Part shown: positions 16,320-31,339 of the stretch, one piece after another
How the letters are laid out: every line of letters starts with the position of its first letter
Position numbering within the stretch: the stretch's first letter is position 1
Source: the human T2T-CHM13v2.0 reference genome, Homo sapiens
Reading direction: 5' to 3' (one strand)
Assembly: GCF_009914755.1 (NCBI RefSeq)
Contig: NC_060941.1
DNA: 64,000 nucleotides
Translations under genes and position numbers: made by a program
Notes under the pieces: generated by a model
Seen by the model: only the letters and a program-made list of their open reading frames with translations
The model's database searches: none
What the model was told of the DNA's origin: nothing

Positions 16320-16460
16320 TGCAACCATGGCTTGGATCTTCACTCCAGCATCCCTGACTGCTGCGTAGCGCTTGTTGAGGTTGGCAATTCTTCCATCCAA
16401 GTCTAACAGGGCCTCTTTCTTATTGTCCTTTCTTTCAAACAGCGGGTTGGCCGACCAGTC
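16320..16460 (-). CDS. DNAH17: DNAH17 exon 17 (141 nt)
   Basis: ttccag|DWSANPLFERKDNKKEALL...KIQAMVA|gtaagg. Confidence 0.95.
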
Positions 16461-16983
16461 CTGGAAGGAAAGCACAGGAGTGAGAAAAGGTGTTCTGGAG
16501 AAACTGCTTTCAGTCGCAGTCCTTTGCTGTGTGCTTTTGATGTGAGTTTCGTCACTGCTGCCTGATCTTGGATTGGAGTCTAGTTCTCCACGATCCATGC
16601 CCATCAGGGGCTACTAAGGACCTGTGCCTAATTGACTGTTGACCAGAGAACCTTAAATAATTTAGCTCAAAACCAAAACCAGGGCCTAGGGGAACCACAG
16701 AAAGACCATTGAGATGTTTCACTCAACTGGGCCAGAATGGGGTCACTCTCAGGAAAGGAGCATCTAATTCTCTCTTTAGGGGGACGGAAGGACCTGAGGG
16801 TCGAGGAGTGTGTGGTCAATACTGGGTGGATCGTCCATAGCTGCAAACGGAGGGCCACGTGGGAGTAAGTCCCTTTTGTGGGGGCCACTGATCTGCCGAC
16901 AAGGGTGGGAAAGGGTAGAGAGTAGGGTCAGGACCCTGGCTCCCCTGCAAGTGGGAGTTCTACCACAAGGGTGGTGGCCACTT

Positions 16984-17316
<333 letters not shown>

Positions 17317-19795
17317 TTATGATTTGGACTTTACTGTTATCTGTCATTAGATTTTTTTTCCCTACACATCTCCATTAAAGTGATACATATATGGTAACAA
17401 AACACCTAATAAGTTTTTTTTGTCAAAAAACAGTCTTTGGCCATATCTCCCTATCCTCCATCCCATCCCCCACTGGAAACATGAGGGAACCTCACCTTTC
17501 CTCCTCCTCACGGCTGCCTCTGTCACTCTTATCATTTACGGACTCTACATCAATTCAGCTGTTTCTCAGCTGCCTCTGTGACTCTGGGGTGAACGATGAA
17601 GACTTAGATCACCCGCCTCCCTCCTCTGGCCAGTGTTTGATATTTACGTGAGTACTTATAGTTTTTCTACTGATGCTTTTGTGTGAACATAAACGATATG
17701 ATTAAGCCTGTGTTTACCTTGTTAGAAGGATTTCCTTTTTTTATTAGCAGTTTTATTGCTTCATGGTCAGAAAAACGCGTTCTGTATATGTCTTAGTCAG
17801 CTTAGATTACTATAAGCAAAATACCATATACTAGGGGGCTTAAGCAACAGACATTTCTCACAGGTTTAGAGGTTAGAAATCTGAGATCAAGGTGCCGGCA
17901 TGTTTGGTTCCAGGTGAGGGCTCTCTTCCTGGTGGGCAGATGATGATGGCCGCCTTCTTGTTGTGACCTCACATGGCGGAGGGGCAGAGTGAGCTCTCTC
18001 ATGTCTGTTGCTATAAGGGCACGAATCTCCTTCGTGATGGCTCTATTCTCATGTTCTGATTGCCTCCCCAGGGCCACGTCTCCAAGACCCATCACAGCAG
18101 GGATCACGGCTTCCACAAAGGAGTGTTTGAGAGTCACAAACGTACAGTCCATGGCAGTATAATAATGTTGTGTTAGCCTTCCCATTACATTTGCGTTCTG
18201 CCCATTTTTCAACTCTTCTAATAGCTTTTGCTTTTATTTATATAGCTATATTAACAATATTCTCATTGGGAACACAACATTTTAGGACAACTATAATTTT
18301 TATATAGATTTTACTTGATTTTGTATGGTTAGCTAAATATATATTTTTGCCTCTAGTTGTTCTTTGCTGATTAATATTTTATGTGTATGTATGTATGCAA
18401 GGATGTATATATGTCTGTGAATAAGACTACCATTTGAAATTTTTTTTTTTTTCCTTTGAAACAGGGTCGTGCTTTGTCACTCAGGCTGGAGGGCAGTGGC
18501 ACAATCTCAGGTCACTGCAGCCTCGACCTCCCAGGCTCAAAAGTGATCCTCCCACGTCAGCCTCCAGAATAGCTGGGACCACAGGTGTTGTCCAGCCTGA
18601 GCAACATAGGAAGGCCCTAGGCTCAAGCAATACTCCTGCTTGGGCTTCCCAAAGTGTTTGGACTACAGGCATGAGCCATTGAGCTCGGCTGTGAGAACTG
18701 CCATCTTTTAAAGGTCAAAAATGGTCAATTATTGGAAGTTTCATATGGTTTCACCTACTTGTCAATCATTTTATCTTCAACCTTTCCATTTCGTTTTAGA
18801 TATCTCTTGGAAGTAGCATATAACTACATTTTTAAACAATCTATTTTGCTTTTAAATAGTTTATATATACTGTAACTAATGTTTGCCCTTTGTTATCACG
18901 TTTTATCCTTTCTGCTTTCTCACCGTTTCCCTTTGTTGTGGTATTTTGCTTTAAAAACTATAGCTTATTTGCTTTTATATTCTTTACTGATTTGGATAGG
19001 AGAAATCCTGTTTCTAATTCCACTAGAACTTGCCATTAAGTTTATTAAGTCTTTTAAATGTTTCTCTAATTTTGGAAATAAAAATTGCAGCTGGGCATGG
19101 TGATTCATGCCCGTAATCTCAGAACTTTGGCAGGCCAAGGCTGATGGATCACCTGAGGCCAGGAATTTGAGACCTGCCTGAACAACATGGTGAAACCCCA
19201 TCTCTACTAAAAATACAAAAATTTACCAGGCATGGTGGCCCATGCCTGTAATCCCAGCTATTTGGGAGGCTGAAGCAGGAGAATCGCTTGAACCCAGAGG
19301 CGGAGGTTGCAGCAAGCCGAGATTGTGCCATTGTACTCCAGCCTGGGTGACAGAGTAAGACTCCATCTCAAGAAAGAAAAAAAAAAAAATTGCTTTTGAT
19401 TCTCATTATCCACGTTTAGGAATTCAGGATATGGTTAACTTCCCTGCCCCAACTTTTTTCCTCCTCCTAACTACCAATTATCAATCATGTTTATCACCAT
19501 GGATATGGTTTCTACCATTTATATTTTTCTACAAGTATTGCTTTTGACTTTGGAATGTAACCTTTTACAACCGTATTTATCTCTTTATATACTTACCTCT
19601 TTATATTTAATTGGTTCCAAGCTCATCGCTAGTCTTTTTAAATGTTAATGCTCTCCTTGGTACTCTAGAATGTGGTTGACCTCTTGGTATCCTGGAATAC
19701 ATCCTGGAATAGGTTTCTCAGGAAGGGTATCCAAATGGTATTTTTCCAAGCCCCTGCATGTGTGAGGATGACTTTACTGCTGCATTCACAGATAA

Positions 19796-20470
<675 letters not shown>

Positions 20471-20632
20471 TAGCAATTTCCTAAAATTGTCCTCCGTTTA
20501 ATATATCCACTGTTACACAGCACTAGTTCTAGTCTAACTGGTGCTTCAGTATATTTTAATTCTGCTTTTGCAGTTTTGACTTTCTTAGCCATGTCCTTTC
20601 CCTTCTCTGCTTTCCTCTCATTCTGTTCTTAG

Positions 20633-20879
<247 letters not shown>

Positions 20880-22813
20880 TAGCCAGGATGGTCTCGATCT
20901 CCTGACCTCGTGATCCACCCGCCTCGGCCTCCCAAAGTGCTGGGATTACACGCATGAGCCACTGCACCTGGCCACGGCCTTTTTAATTTAAGAAAAAATG
21001 TCTTAGGTTTACTAAACAAAGAGCTTCAGTCGGTCTGTGTTTTTCTGAGATATCTAAACGACTTGTTACTCTCAAATGCTGCACAATCTTTGAACAGCCT
21101 CCTTTTGGTCCTAACCCCTTTGCTGTTCACACCTGAGGGCTAAGGGCACAGCCTGAGAATGTACAAACTCCAAACAGGAATTGTTGATTCCAGGCCTGAT
21201 GGACTGAGTTTGAGCCATTTTCTTTTCCTATTGCTTGGTTTTCTCACTAAGCTGGGGAGCTAGATGCTGCTGGCTGTCATGTCTGTTTTTGCTAGTTTTG
21301 AGACGGCATCTGAGGGCATGTGCCTGGGAGCCAGTGTTCTCCCCGGCTCTGCTTCCGCACCTAAGTGCAGAGCATGCTGGTCCCCTCCACCAAGCCCCTT
21401 GGCTTTCAGCCTGGTCACTGTGCAGCTGCTGCAGCTTCAGAATGGACGTGATGAGGAAAGTGATGGGGATGGAGACACAGGAGGTCAGCTGATTCTGTGA
21501 CCAGTTTAGTGATTATTCTCCTTATAATGGGGGTTAGCAGAGCCCCTATTGGGTGAGTGTTATGAACTGCACGTCTGTGTTCTCTCATCTCCCAAAATTC
21601 ACATATTCGAGTCCTAGCTCCTGTGTGGTTGTAATAGGAGGCAGGGACCTTGGCAAGTGCTTGGGTTTAGATGAGATAATGAGATCATGAGAGTAGGGCC
21701 CACCCCTGATGAGGTTAGTGTCCTTTAAGCAGAGAAAGAGACACCAGAGCAACCTCTCTCTACTACGTGAGGCACATCGAGAAGGCAGCCGTCTGCACAC
21801 CAGGAAGAGGGCCCTCACCAGGAACTCAGTCTGCAGTATTTTCTTGTAGCCTCCTGAAATGACCAGGACAGTGGGCCCAAGTGTTTGCCTTCCCTCCTCG
21901 GAGGTCACCTTTGCTTTTCTGATGCAGAGGTGAACTTCTTCAAAACTCACCCCTGAACCCAACAACCTCAGAATTGGCAAACAGATCATTCCTTCCTTGG
22001 TGCCCAGAGACCCAACTACCGGGCTTCAGCATCTCAGCTCAGCACCAGGAGAAAGCAAATACTTTGTGGTTTAGTTAAAAACTTCTGGTGCAAACAAGCT
22101 AGCTCAGGTAAAGGGGGGTTTATGTAAGACAGTGGGTCTCAGAGACAGAGAGAAAGTGCTGCCCTGGTCCTCTGTAGCGGGTGGTGGGCAGTGGTCAAGC
22201 TGGGGCCTCAGGGGCAGCAGGAATCTCTGCAGGATCTGCCTCCAGAGTGGGCCTCCTCCCGTCTCCTGCTCGCTCCCCACCGCCCAGAGCCTGCAGCCAA
22301 CCCTCTGAGACCCTGCACCTGCTGCGGCCCCTGCTGAAGATTCAGAAGCCCGTGGGGTTTGAACGGCCTGGTTTCTGGATTTAACAGTTCAGTAGAGGAG
22401 AGAGAGAGAACAGCCACAGAGGAGGCTGGGTGAGCATTGCAGGTAACAGAAAGGACAGAGACCCCTTGGCATGAAACAAAGTGAAGAGATCGAGAAGCCA
22501 CACGTGCAGAGACAGACAAGAGACCTGGCCCCCAGACCTGAGACACTGGGGAAATGGCCTGTGTGCCAGAGCAGACAGGGAGGTGTGGGGAGGCGTGGGG
22601 AGGAGGAGGAGCGACGTCATGCCCACTAGCTGGCGAGACAACGCCATCAACAGGCTAGAAGAATGTTACGACGTCCAGCGGACATTAACACAAGGAGGCA
22701 CACGTCTGGACACTTTGGTGACATTTTCTGACCCTAAAGATAACGAAGAACTCTGCACGCCCCAGACAGAGAGGACAGGCTCATGCAGGAAGCAGGCAGA
22801 GCACTGCCAGCCT

Positions 22814-22949
22814 GCCCAGCACTGAAACTGAGGCAGGGCTGGTAGGGGCTGAACTGTGCCCCCCAAATCCATGTGTAGGGGCCCAGCACTGAAACTGAGG
22901 CAGGGCTGGTAGGGGCTGAACTGTGCCCCCCAAATCCGTGTGTAGGGGC
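22814..22949 (+). repeat. 67-bp tandem duplication at the 5' edge of an MLT1 LTR (LTR about 22840-23285)
   Basis: Two copies starting 22814 and 22881, one mismatch. Confidence 0.9.
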
Positions 22950-23472
22950 ACTGACACCCATACCTCAGAATGCAATGGCATTTGGAGATGAGAGCTTTAA
23001 AGAGGTGCTTAAGTTAATATGAGGTCATTAGTGTGGGCCCTCATCCAGCATGACCAGTGTCCTTATGAGACAAGGAGATGAGGACACAGACACACAGAGG
23101 GAGGACCCTGTGAAGCCACAGGGAGAAGACAGCATCTATAACTAACCAGAGAGTCCTGGGGGAGCCAACCCTGCCGACACCTTAACCTTGGCCTTCCAGC
23201 CTCCAGAACTGTGAGAAGAGAAACGTCTGTTGTTGAAGTCGCCCAGACTGTGGCAGTTTGTGATGGCCGCCCTAGCAAACACACACAGGGCCGTTTCTGG
23301 AGCAGTGAAAGAAAAGGACCGTATCAAGAAACCCCTGACCTGGACAAGATCATTGTAGATGAGGTCAAAAGAAAGATATTTTGGACAAGGGAGGACTCAA
23401 AGTATGCTATCAATGAGCCCTTTCTGAGGAAATTGCGTGAGAAATTATTCCCGTCAATTGAAAATTGAATCA

Positions 23473-23682
<210 letters not shown>

Positions 23683-24071
23683 CTAGAAGGCTAATGAAGG
23701 ATTCCCCCAGTGCTCCGGAAGGAGCTTGAGTTAGAACTGTACTGCTTCTGTACTGAGCAACGGGCTCGTTCCCAGTGGGGGTGAGTCTTGGCAGATCTCT
23801 TTCCACCCCTTGCTACTGGCACTGGCCTGGCACAGAGGGGGCCTTGTGGAGCTCAGCAGAATGGAGCAGAACTGAATTTCACAGAGCAACTGGGCTCTTT
23901 CTGCCCTGGGACCACTCTGATATCATCCTACCGGTGGAGAGCACTGCACGGCAGCTCCCACTGCACCCCACACATCGCAGCACTTTCCATGGGCCTCTAC
24001 GTAGCCTGGTTTGCCCCAGGGCAGCCCCAGGCCCCCACAAAGCCCCACTCTGTGCTCTGCCCCTTGCTTAC

Positions 24072-24175
24072 CTTCATAGCCTGGGAAATTCCTTCTATAT
24101 TTTGTTTTGCCTTTTGCATCCTGTTCTGCAAGTTGTGCAGAATTTCTCGCACCTCTTGAATGTACTGAAACACAC
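24072..24175 (-). CDS. DNAH17: DNAH17 exon 16 (104 nt)
   Basis: ttttag|[35 protein letters not shown]|gtaagc. Confidence 0.95.
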
Positions 24176-24267
24176 CTAAAATGGAAATGTAGAGGAATCT
24201 TACAAAATGAACAATTCAGGCTGGGCGCGGTGGCTCAAGCTTGTAATCTCAGCCCTTTGGGAGGTCA

Positions 24268-24556
<289 letters not shown>

Positions 24557-25231
24557 TCATCACTATGAGACAGCCCTGGGAAAATACTCCTATTCTGGAA
24601 CATGATTCCCAGAAGAAATCGCTGGGCGTTCTCTGAAATGAAATGCCAAGGAATCACAAATATAGTGTCCCTTTGGACATAGGGTTTGGAGAATGTGTGG
24701 ACCCTTCACCCCACGTAGGAGCCCCAGACTCCTCACGTTAAAGGGTTCCACCTCTGGGAGCATCAGAGATGGGGCCAGGGGGTCGGGGGCCTTCTGCCTC
24801 GTCCAGTGGTGGAATGAAGGGAAGACAGGGACTCGTGACTACACTTCTTCCTACTTTGCTGACGTCTGCCCTGAGTTAGCCAAGATGTGCACCAGCTCTG
24901 CTCACCAGCTGTGCATGCTCTGTGCATGCTTGATAAACCAACAGTGGAAACTGGGCCTCCAGCAAGCCCAGTTTGGGAAACTTGGAAACCTCTTGGCAGT
25001 TCCCAGGGAGTCTTTGCCGGATTCCGTTTCTAAGTGACACAGATGGGCTTTTTTTTTTTTTTTTGCCTGGGCAGGCAGGTGGAAGTAACTATCCTTTAGC
25101 CCCCTTGAAGTTAAAGCAGATCCACACAGCCAGGAGGCAGAAGTGACCACTCTAGTGGTGTTTGAGGACAGATGCTGGGCAGGTTGGACTCCCAAGTTTA
25201 ATCCAATGTGGGAGGAATGTGGCCTCCGTAC

Positions 25232-25340
25232 CTTCGCCATTCCAGAATAATGTCGTTTCAGCGCTCAATAACTTGACATCAATTGCTTCCAGTTCTGACT
25301 TTATTAGTAGAAATTCTACTGCCTTCACTATAGTCTTTAT
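25232..25340 (-). CDS. DNAH17: DNAH17 exon 15 (109 nt)
   Basis: tttcag|IKTIVKAVEFLLIKSELEAIDVKLLSAETTLFWNGE|gtacgg. Confidence 0.95.
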
Positions 25341-25429
25341 CTGAAAAACAGAGGTGACAGGTTTTGTTCCGAGTCCAACCAGATTTTAAATTGTTCTCTG
25401 GTAAGGACCTTTTATTCCTCAACACCAAC

Positions 25430-26142
<713 letters not shown>

Positions 26143-26317
26143 ACACCAACAAAGCCAATGATGATTGTTTTTTATTTGGAAATCGTATTTCAGGACACTC
26201 CACAATTTTTAGAATGACTTTTATCACTGAGGATTTATGTACGGTTACTGTTTTATGTTATAGTATTCCTATCTCTTTCTAGCCCATACCATGACTAATT
26301 AAGAATTAACTGTGTAT

Positions 26318-26362
26318 AGGTTGGTGTAAAAGTAATTGCCATCTTTTCCGTTACTTTTAATA
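26318..26362 (+). mobile_element. MADE1 (mariner MITE) fragment
   Basis: taggttggtgtaaaagtaattgcc...ttacttttaat. Confidence 0.6.
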
Positions 26363-26707
26363 CATAAATCCTCAGTATATAATCACAAAGGTTTGTACTT
26401 GATTTCTTTTTGTGATTCTAAGCCAAAGAAATACATGTGGATCACTGAGCATTTCTTGGCTCAGACCCTTTCCCTGGTCAATCTAAAGCTCAAAATCTTT
26501 TTTTTAATATAGAGATGGGATCTTGCTATGTTGCCCAGGCTGGTCTCAAACTCCTGAGCTCCAGCCATCTTCCCACTTCAGTCTCCCAAAGTGCTGGGAT
26601 TACAGGTGTGAGTCATGGTGCCCAGCCTAAAGCCTGAAGTTCAGTTATACAACAGAAAACCCAGGATCTGCAGAGAAACTATTCAAGTTGTTAATGGATC
26701 AGTGTTA

Positions 26708-27044
<337 letters not shown>

Positions 27045-27258
27045 TTAATTTAGTGCTTGAAATCCTGAATTTACAAAACAGAACAAACAAGGGAGAAGTT
27101 TTCATGATTCCCTTAAATAATAAGCACCATTTAGGCCTAGGAATCTCATCGTACCAAGCAACATCTTGTTTCATGACTTCTCTAGGACCCTTCTACATGA
27201 AGTATGGAATCACAGAGTTAAAAATACACACTAGATGCTGATTTGCCTTTCAGAATAA

Positions 27259-27396
<138 letters not shown>

Positions 27397-27471
27397 TGAG
27401 TAGCTGGAACTACAGGCGCCCACCACCAAGCCCAGGTAATTTTTTTATTTTTTGTAGGGATAGGGTATTAG

Positions 27472-27585
<114 letters not shown>

Positions 27586-27989
27586 TAAATAGTGTACTTC
27601 CACCCATGCCTTCGAATGTTTTCTGACCATTAACTCGTAGGATAGGTGCTTAGGAAAGAGAAATAGAGTATAAGAGCTGTTACCGGCTGAAAACCAGACA
27701 GAAGTAAAGGATGCATCTACAGGATTACAAAGCAAGACGATGTGTAGCAGGATTCCGTCCATCAGGGTTGGGTTGTTAAACAATGACAAGGACAGTGGTC
27801 TCTTCCCAGTCGAGGAACCCTGCTCTGAGACTACACCCTACGTGAGAGAATCTCAGAACACACCTCTTTAGTGTGCTCGTGACTAAATCACGGTGCTCCT
27901 ACCATACCTGGAGTCCAAGGCGGGAGCTCTTTAGACAGAATCTAACCAGCTGGAGAAAGGTGCTGTGTTTCTAATGAATGGACCATGGA

Positions 27990-29043
27990 CAAAGATATTA
28001 CGGCCCCTGGTGATCAGAATCTGGGGAGCCCTGCCACGGCTGCCGGGGAGAGGAGCAAGATTCCGTCACAAAAAAAAAAAAAAAAAAAAGAGGCAAGAAG
28101 GTCAAAAGAGAAGGCATCAGTGTGATGACGGAAGCACAAGTTGGAGTGATGTGCTTCGAACATGAAATAATGTGGCCGCGAGGGTTAATTTGTCAACAGG
28201 ACTGTGCCACAGGGTGCCCAGATTAAACATGGTTTCTGAGGTGCGTGAGGTTGTTTCTGGATGAGATAAGCATTGGAATGGGTGGGCTCAGGAAAGCAGA
28301 TAGCCCTCCCCAGTGTGGGTGGGTCTCATCCAACCGTTGAGGGCCTGAATAGCACAAAAGGCGGAGGAAGGAGGAATTCACCCCTTGTTTCTGCCTCATG
28401 GCCTGAGCTGGGCCATCTCATCATCTTCAGCCTTTGGACTGGGATTTACACCATCTGTTCCCCTAGTTGTCAGGCTTTGGACTCAGAGTAACACCACCTG
28501 CTTTCCTGAGTTTCCAACTTGCAGACAGCAGGCTGTAAGACTTCTTACCCTCTGTAATTGCGTGAGGCAATTCCTCACAATAAATCTCCATATATACATG
28601 TCTATATCTCTGTCTGTCCATCCATCTCCATCCATCCATCTGTATCTATCCCCCCCATCTATAGCTATCTATCCATTCATCCACCTATATAATCTATCCA
28701 TCCATCTACCTGCTTTCCTATCTCTCTAGCTACCGATCTATCTATCCATCCATCCCTCCATCCTCCCATCTGTCTATCCCATTGGTTCTGTTTCTCTGGA
28801 GAACTCTGACTAATACAATGGCCATGAGCCCAGGAAGGTGCAGCCTCTAGACGCTGGAAAAGACAAGGAGACAGACCATCCCCTTGAGCCTCCAGAAGGA
28901 GGCAGCCCAGCGGATGCCTTGACTCCAGCAGAATGAAACAGATCCAGGACTTCTGACCTCCAGAACTAGAAGGTAGGAAATATGTGCCGTTTAAAGTCAC
29001 TCAGTTTGTGGTGATTTGTTACAGCAGCAACAGGAAATGAACA
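27990..29043 (+). mobile_element. MLT1 LTR with nested MLT2 (HERV-L) LTR (about 28170-28817) carrying a (TCCA/TCTA)n tract
   Basis: MLT2 end cattggttctgtttctctggagaactctgactaataca; MLT1 end ttgttacagcagcaacaggaaatgaaca. Confidence 0.7.
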
Positions 29044-30632
29044 GTGTCCAGACTGGCCCTGTTGTACTGTGGCTTGGGGTGGGGTCAAAGTTGTATGGTA
29101 CAAATGGTCGCCTTTCCCAGGGTATATGAGTGGAATCCATAAGAAATGGTGTCTAGAAGGAGGACAAGCACAGTGACTGCCCGCTGAGCCCCACAGCCAC
29201 GCTCTCCGGGCCCCTCCTGATTGTACAGGGATGTTTGTAGCAGCTTTATTTGTAAAAGCGAAAACTGAAAACAACCCGAATGCCCATCAACAGAGGAATG
29301 GATAATAGTGCTATATCCATGCGACACATTGCCACTCAGCAATAAAATTGACTCACGTTTAAAAAGAAGAAGAATGGTGCTACATGCAACAACGTAGATT
29401 AACTCAAAATAATTAACCGAGTGAAAGCAGACAGAGAAAACAGAACACGTATGATACCATTGCCCTCCGGTTCCCGACTCGGCTTCCAGGGCCTTGTGCC
29501 AGGAGGGAGGTGCCCTCAACAAGCCCTGTGTTGCTGGACGGGACCGCCCCCCACCTCCAACAATTACTGGGAAGTTTTTCCAAAGTCAACCTCTTGATTA
29601 CTGCGTCAGGTCCCTAGATCAGATGGTGCCAGGAATCAAGGCCAAAAAGGAGTTCTTGAACCAAAGAGCTGAGCAGGGACCGCCACCTCCTAGCCCCTCA
29701 CACACAGCTTCCTCATGATAATCCTACTCTGGGTTCCAGGAAATGCCCATCCAGTCCTCCCCACATTAACAGAAGTAATGGGAGCAATGTTGAATGACTT
29801 TAATATTATCCAAAATTTGTTCAGGAGGGTAAATAGATCTATAAAGAATCATGTAATTGGCCAGGCTTGGGGCCTTATGCCTGTAATCCCAACACTTTGG
29901 GAGGCAGAGGCGGGCAAATCACCTAAGGTCAAGAGTTCGAGACCAGCCTGGCCAATGTGGTGAAACTGTGTCTCTACTAAAAATACAAAAATTATTTGTA
30001 TTTTTACTACCACCAGCTGGGCTTGGTGGTACACGCCTGTAGTCCCAGCTACTCAGGAGGCTGAGCCAGGAGAATCGCTTGAACTTGGGAGGCAGAGGTT
30101 ACAGTGAGCCTAGATTGTGCCACTGCACTCCAGCCTGGGTGACAGAGTGAGACTGTCTCAAAAAAAAAAAAAAAAAAAAAAAAAAGTAACGTAAGCCAAA
30201 GCCCAGTGGGAATAAGATATTCATCACCAGCTGTTCTGAGTCATCACTATCTTTGCTGCTGCTATTTGCATGAATAATGAAGACTGGCTTGAACCATGTC
30301 TAAATATTAAAATACACACTAATTTAATTCTGTTCTGCTTGGAGATCTTACACCAGAAGTTGTTGGGTGACAACAAATGCTGGTGTAAGATCTCCAAGTG
30401 GAACAGAACAGGACGGCAGGACAGAGATCTCTGACTCCCTGGCTCAGGAATTTATCCCAAGCACATACACATAGCAGGTACTCAGTAAGTATGCAGTGAA
30501 TGGAAGAATGAATTTGAGTGAATGGGAAGATTTCCCAGGAAGAGCCACATCTCTGAGACACACAAACAAACTTGACAAAAAACCAAAACGATACAAAGCT
30601 GCATCAGGAATAGTACCGACTCACCAACTCAC

Positions 30633-30779
30633 CTCATTATACCAGCCAACGATGAGCTCCAGGTTGCCCACAAACTTCCGGAAAGTTTCGTTCTCTGAGA
30701 ACAGACTCTCCGCACTGTCTGGAATCTCTTTCTGTTGCTGGAAATTCAAATACTTGACTTCTCTCAGAACTGCCACCAA
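30633..30779 (-). CDS. DNAH17: DNAH17 exon 14 (147 nt)
   Basis: atttag|LVAVLREVKYLNFQQQKEIPDSA...LIVGWYNE|gtgagt. Confidence 0.95.
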
Positions 30780-30972
30780 CTAAATGACAAACGAAGATCA
30801 AAGAACATGTCAGCAGGTCAGGTCAACAGTGCAGTGTTCAAGCAACAGAAATGAGCATCTGCCCTGGGATGTTTTGACAGCCGGGGGGGATCTCAAAGTT
30901 GGTGGGAGGCAGTATTTGTTGGCAGGACCAGGACGTTTTCACCCTGTTGGCTGATCCTGAGCCGGAAAGCAC

Positions 30973-31190
30973 TGACATCACCCTCATGGGTGGATGACAT
31001 CACCCTCATGGGTGGATGACATCACCCTCATGGGTGGATGACATCACCCTCATGGGTGGATGACATCATCATTGCATGTGTATGACATCATTGTCATCAC
31101 CACGGGTGGGTGACATTATCCTTATGGGTGGATGATGTCATCATTGTAGGTGGATGATATCATCATCACCATGGGTGGCTGACATCATCC
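30973..31190 (+). repeat. 22-bp minisatellite (TGACATCACCCTCATGGGTGGA)n
   Basis: Four perfect units (30973, 30995, 31017, 31039), then about six degenerate units. Confidence 0.95.
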
Positions 31191-31339
31191 TAATTTTCTT
31201 ATCTCTGTCCTCTCCTACCTACTACCCACAAGTGGTTTGGAGTAAGACTTCGGGTCTTCACTTGTTTCCTCGCTGGAATCTAACCTTCTGTTTTCTCTCT
31301 GCTTTCACCCGGTTATGACCCGAGATCAACAACAGGGAC

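Noticed and set aside
30973-31190. CRISPR-like appearance of the short palindromic repeats (also 59593-59721)
   Set aside because: Head-to-tail units without unique spacers, eukaryotic context, no cas genes
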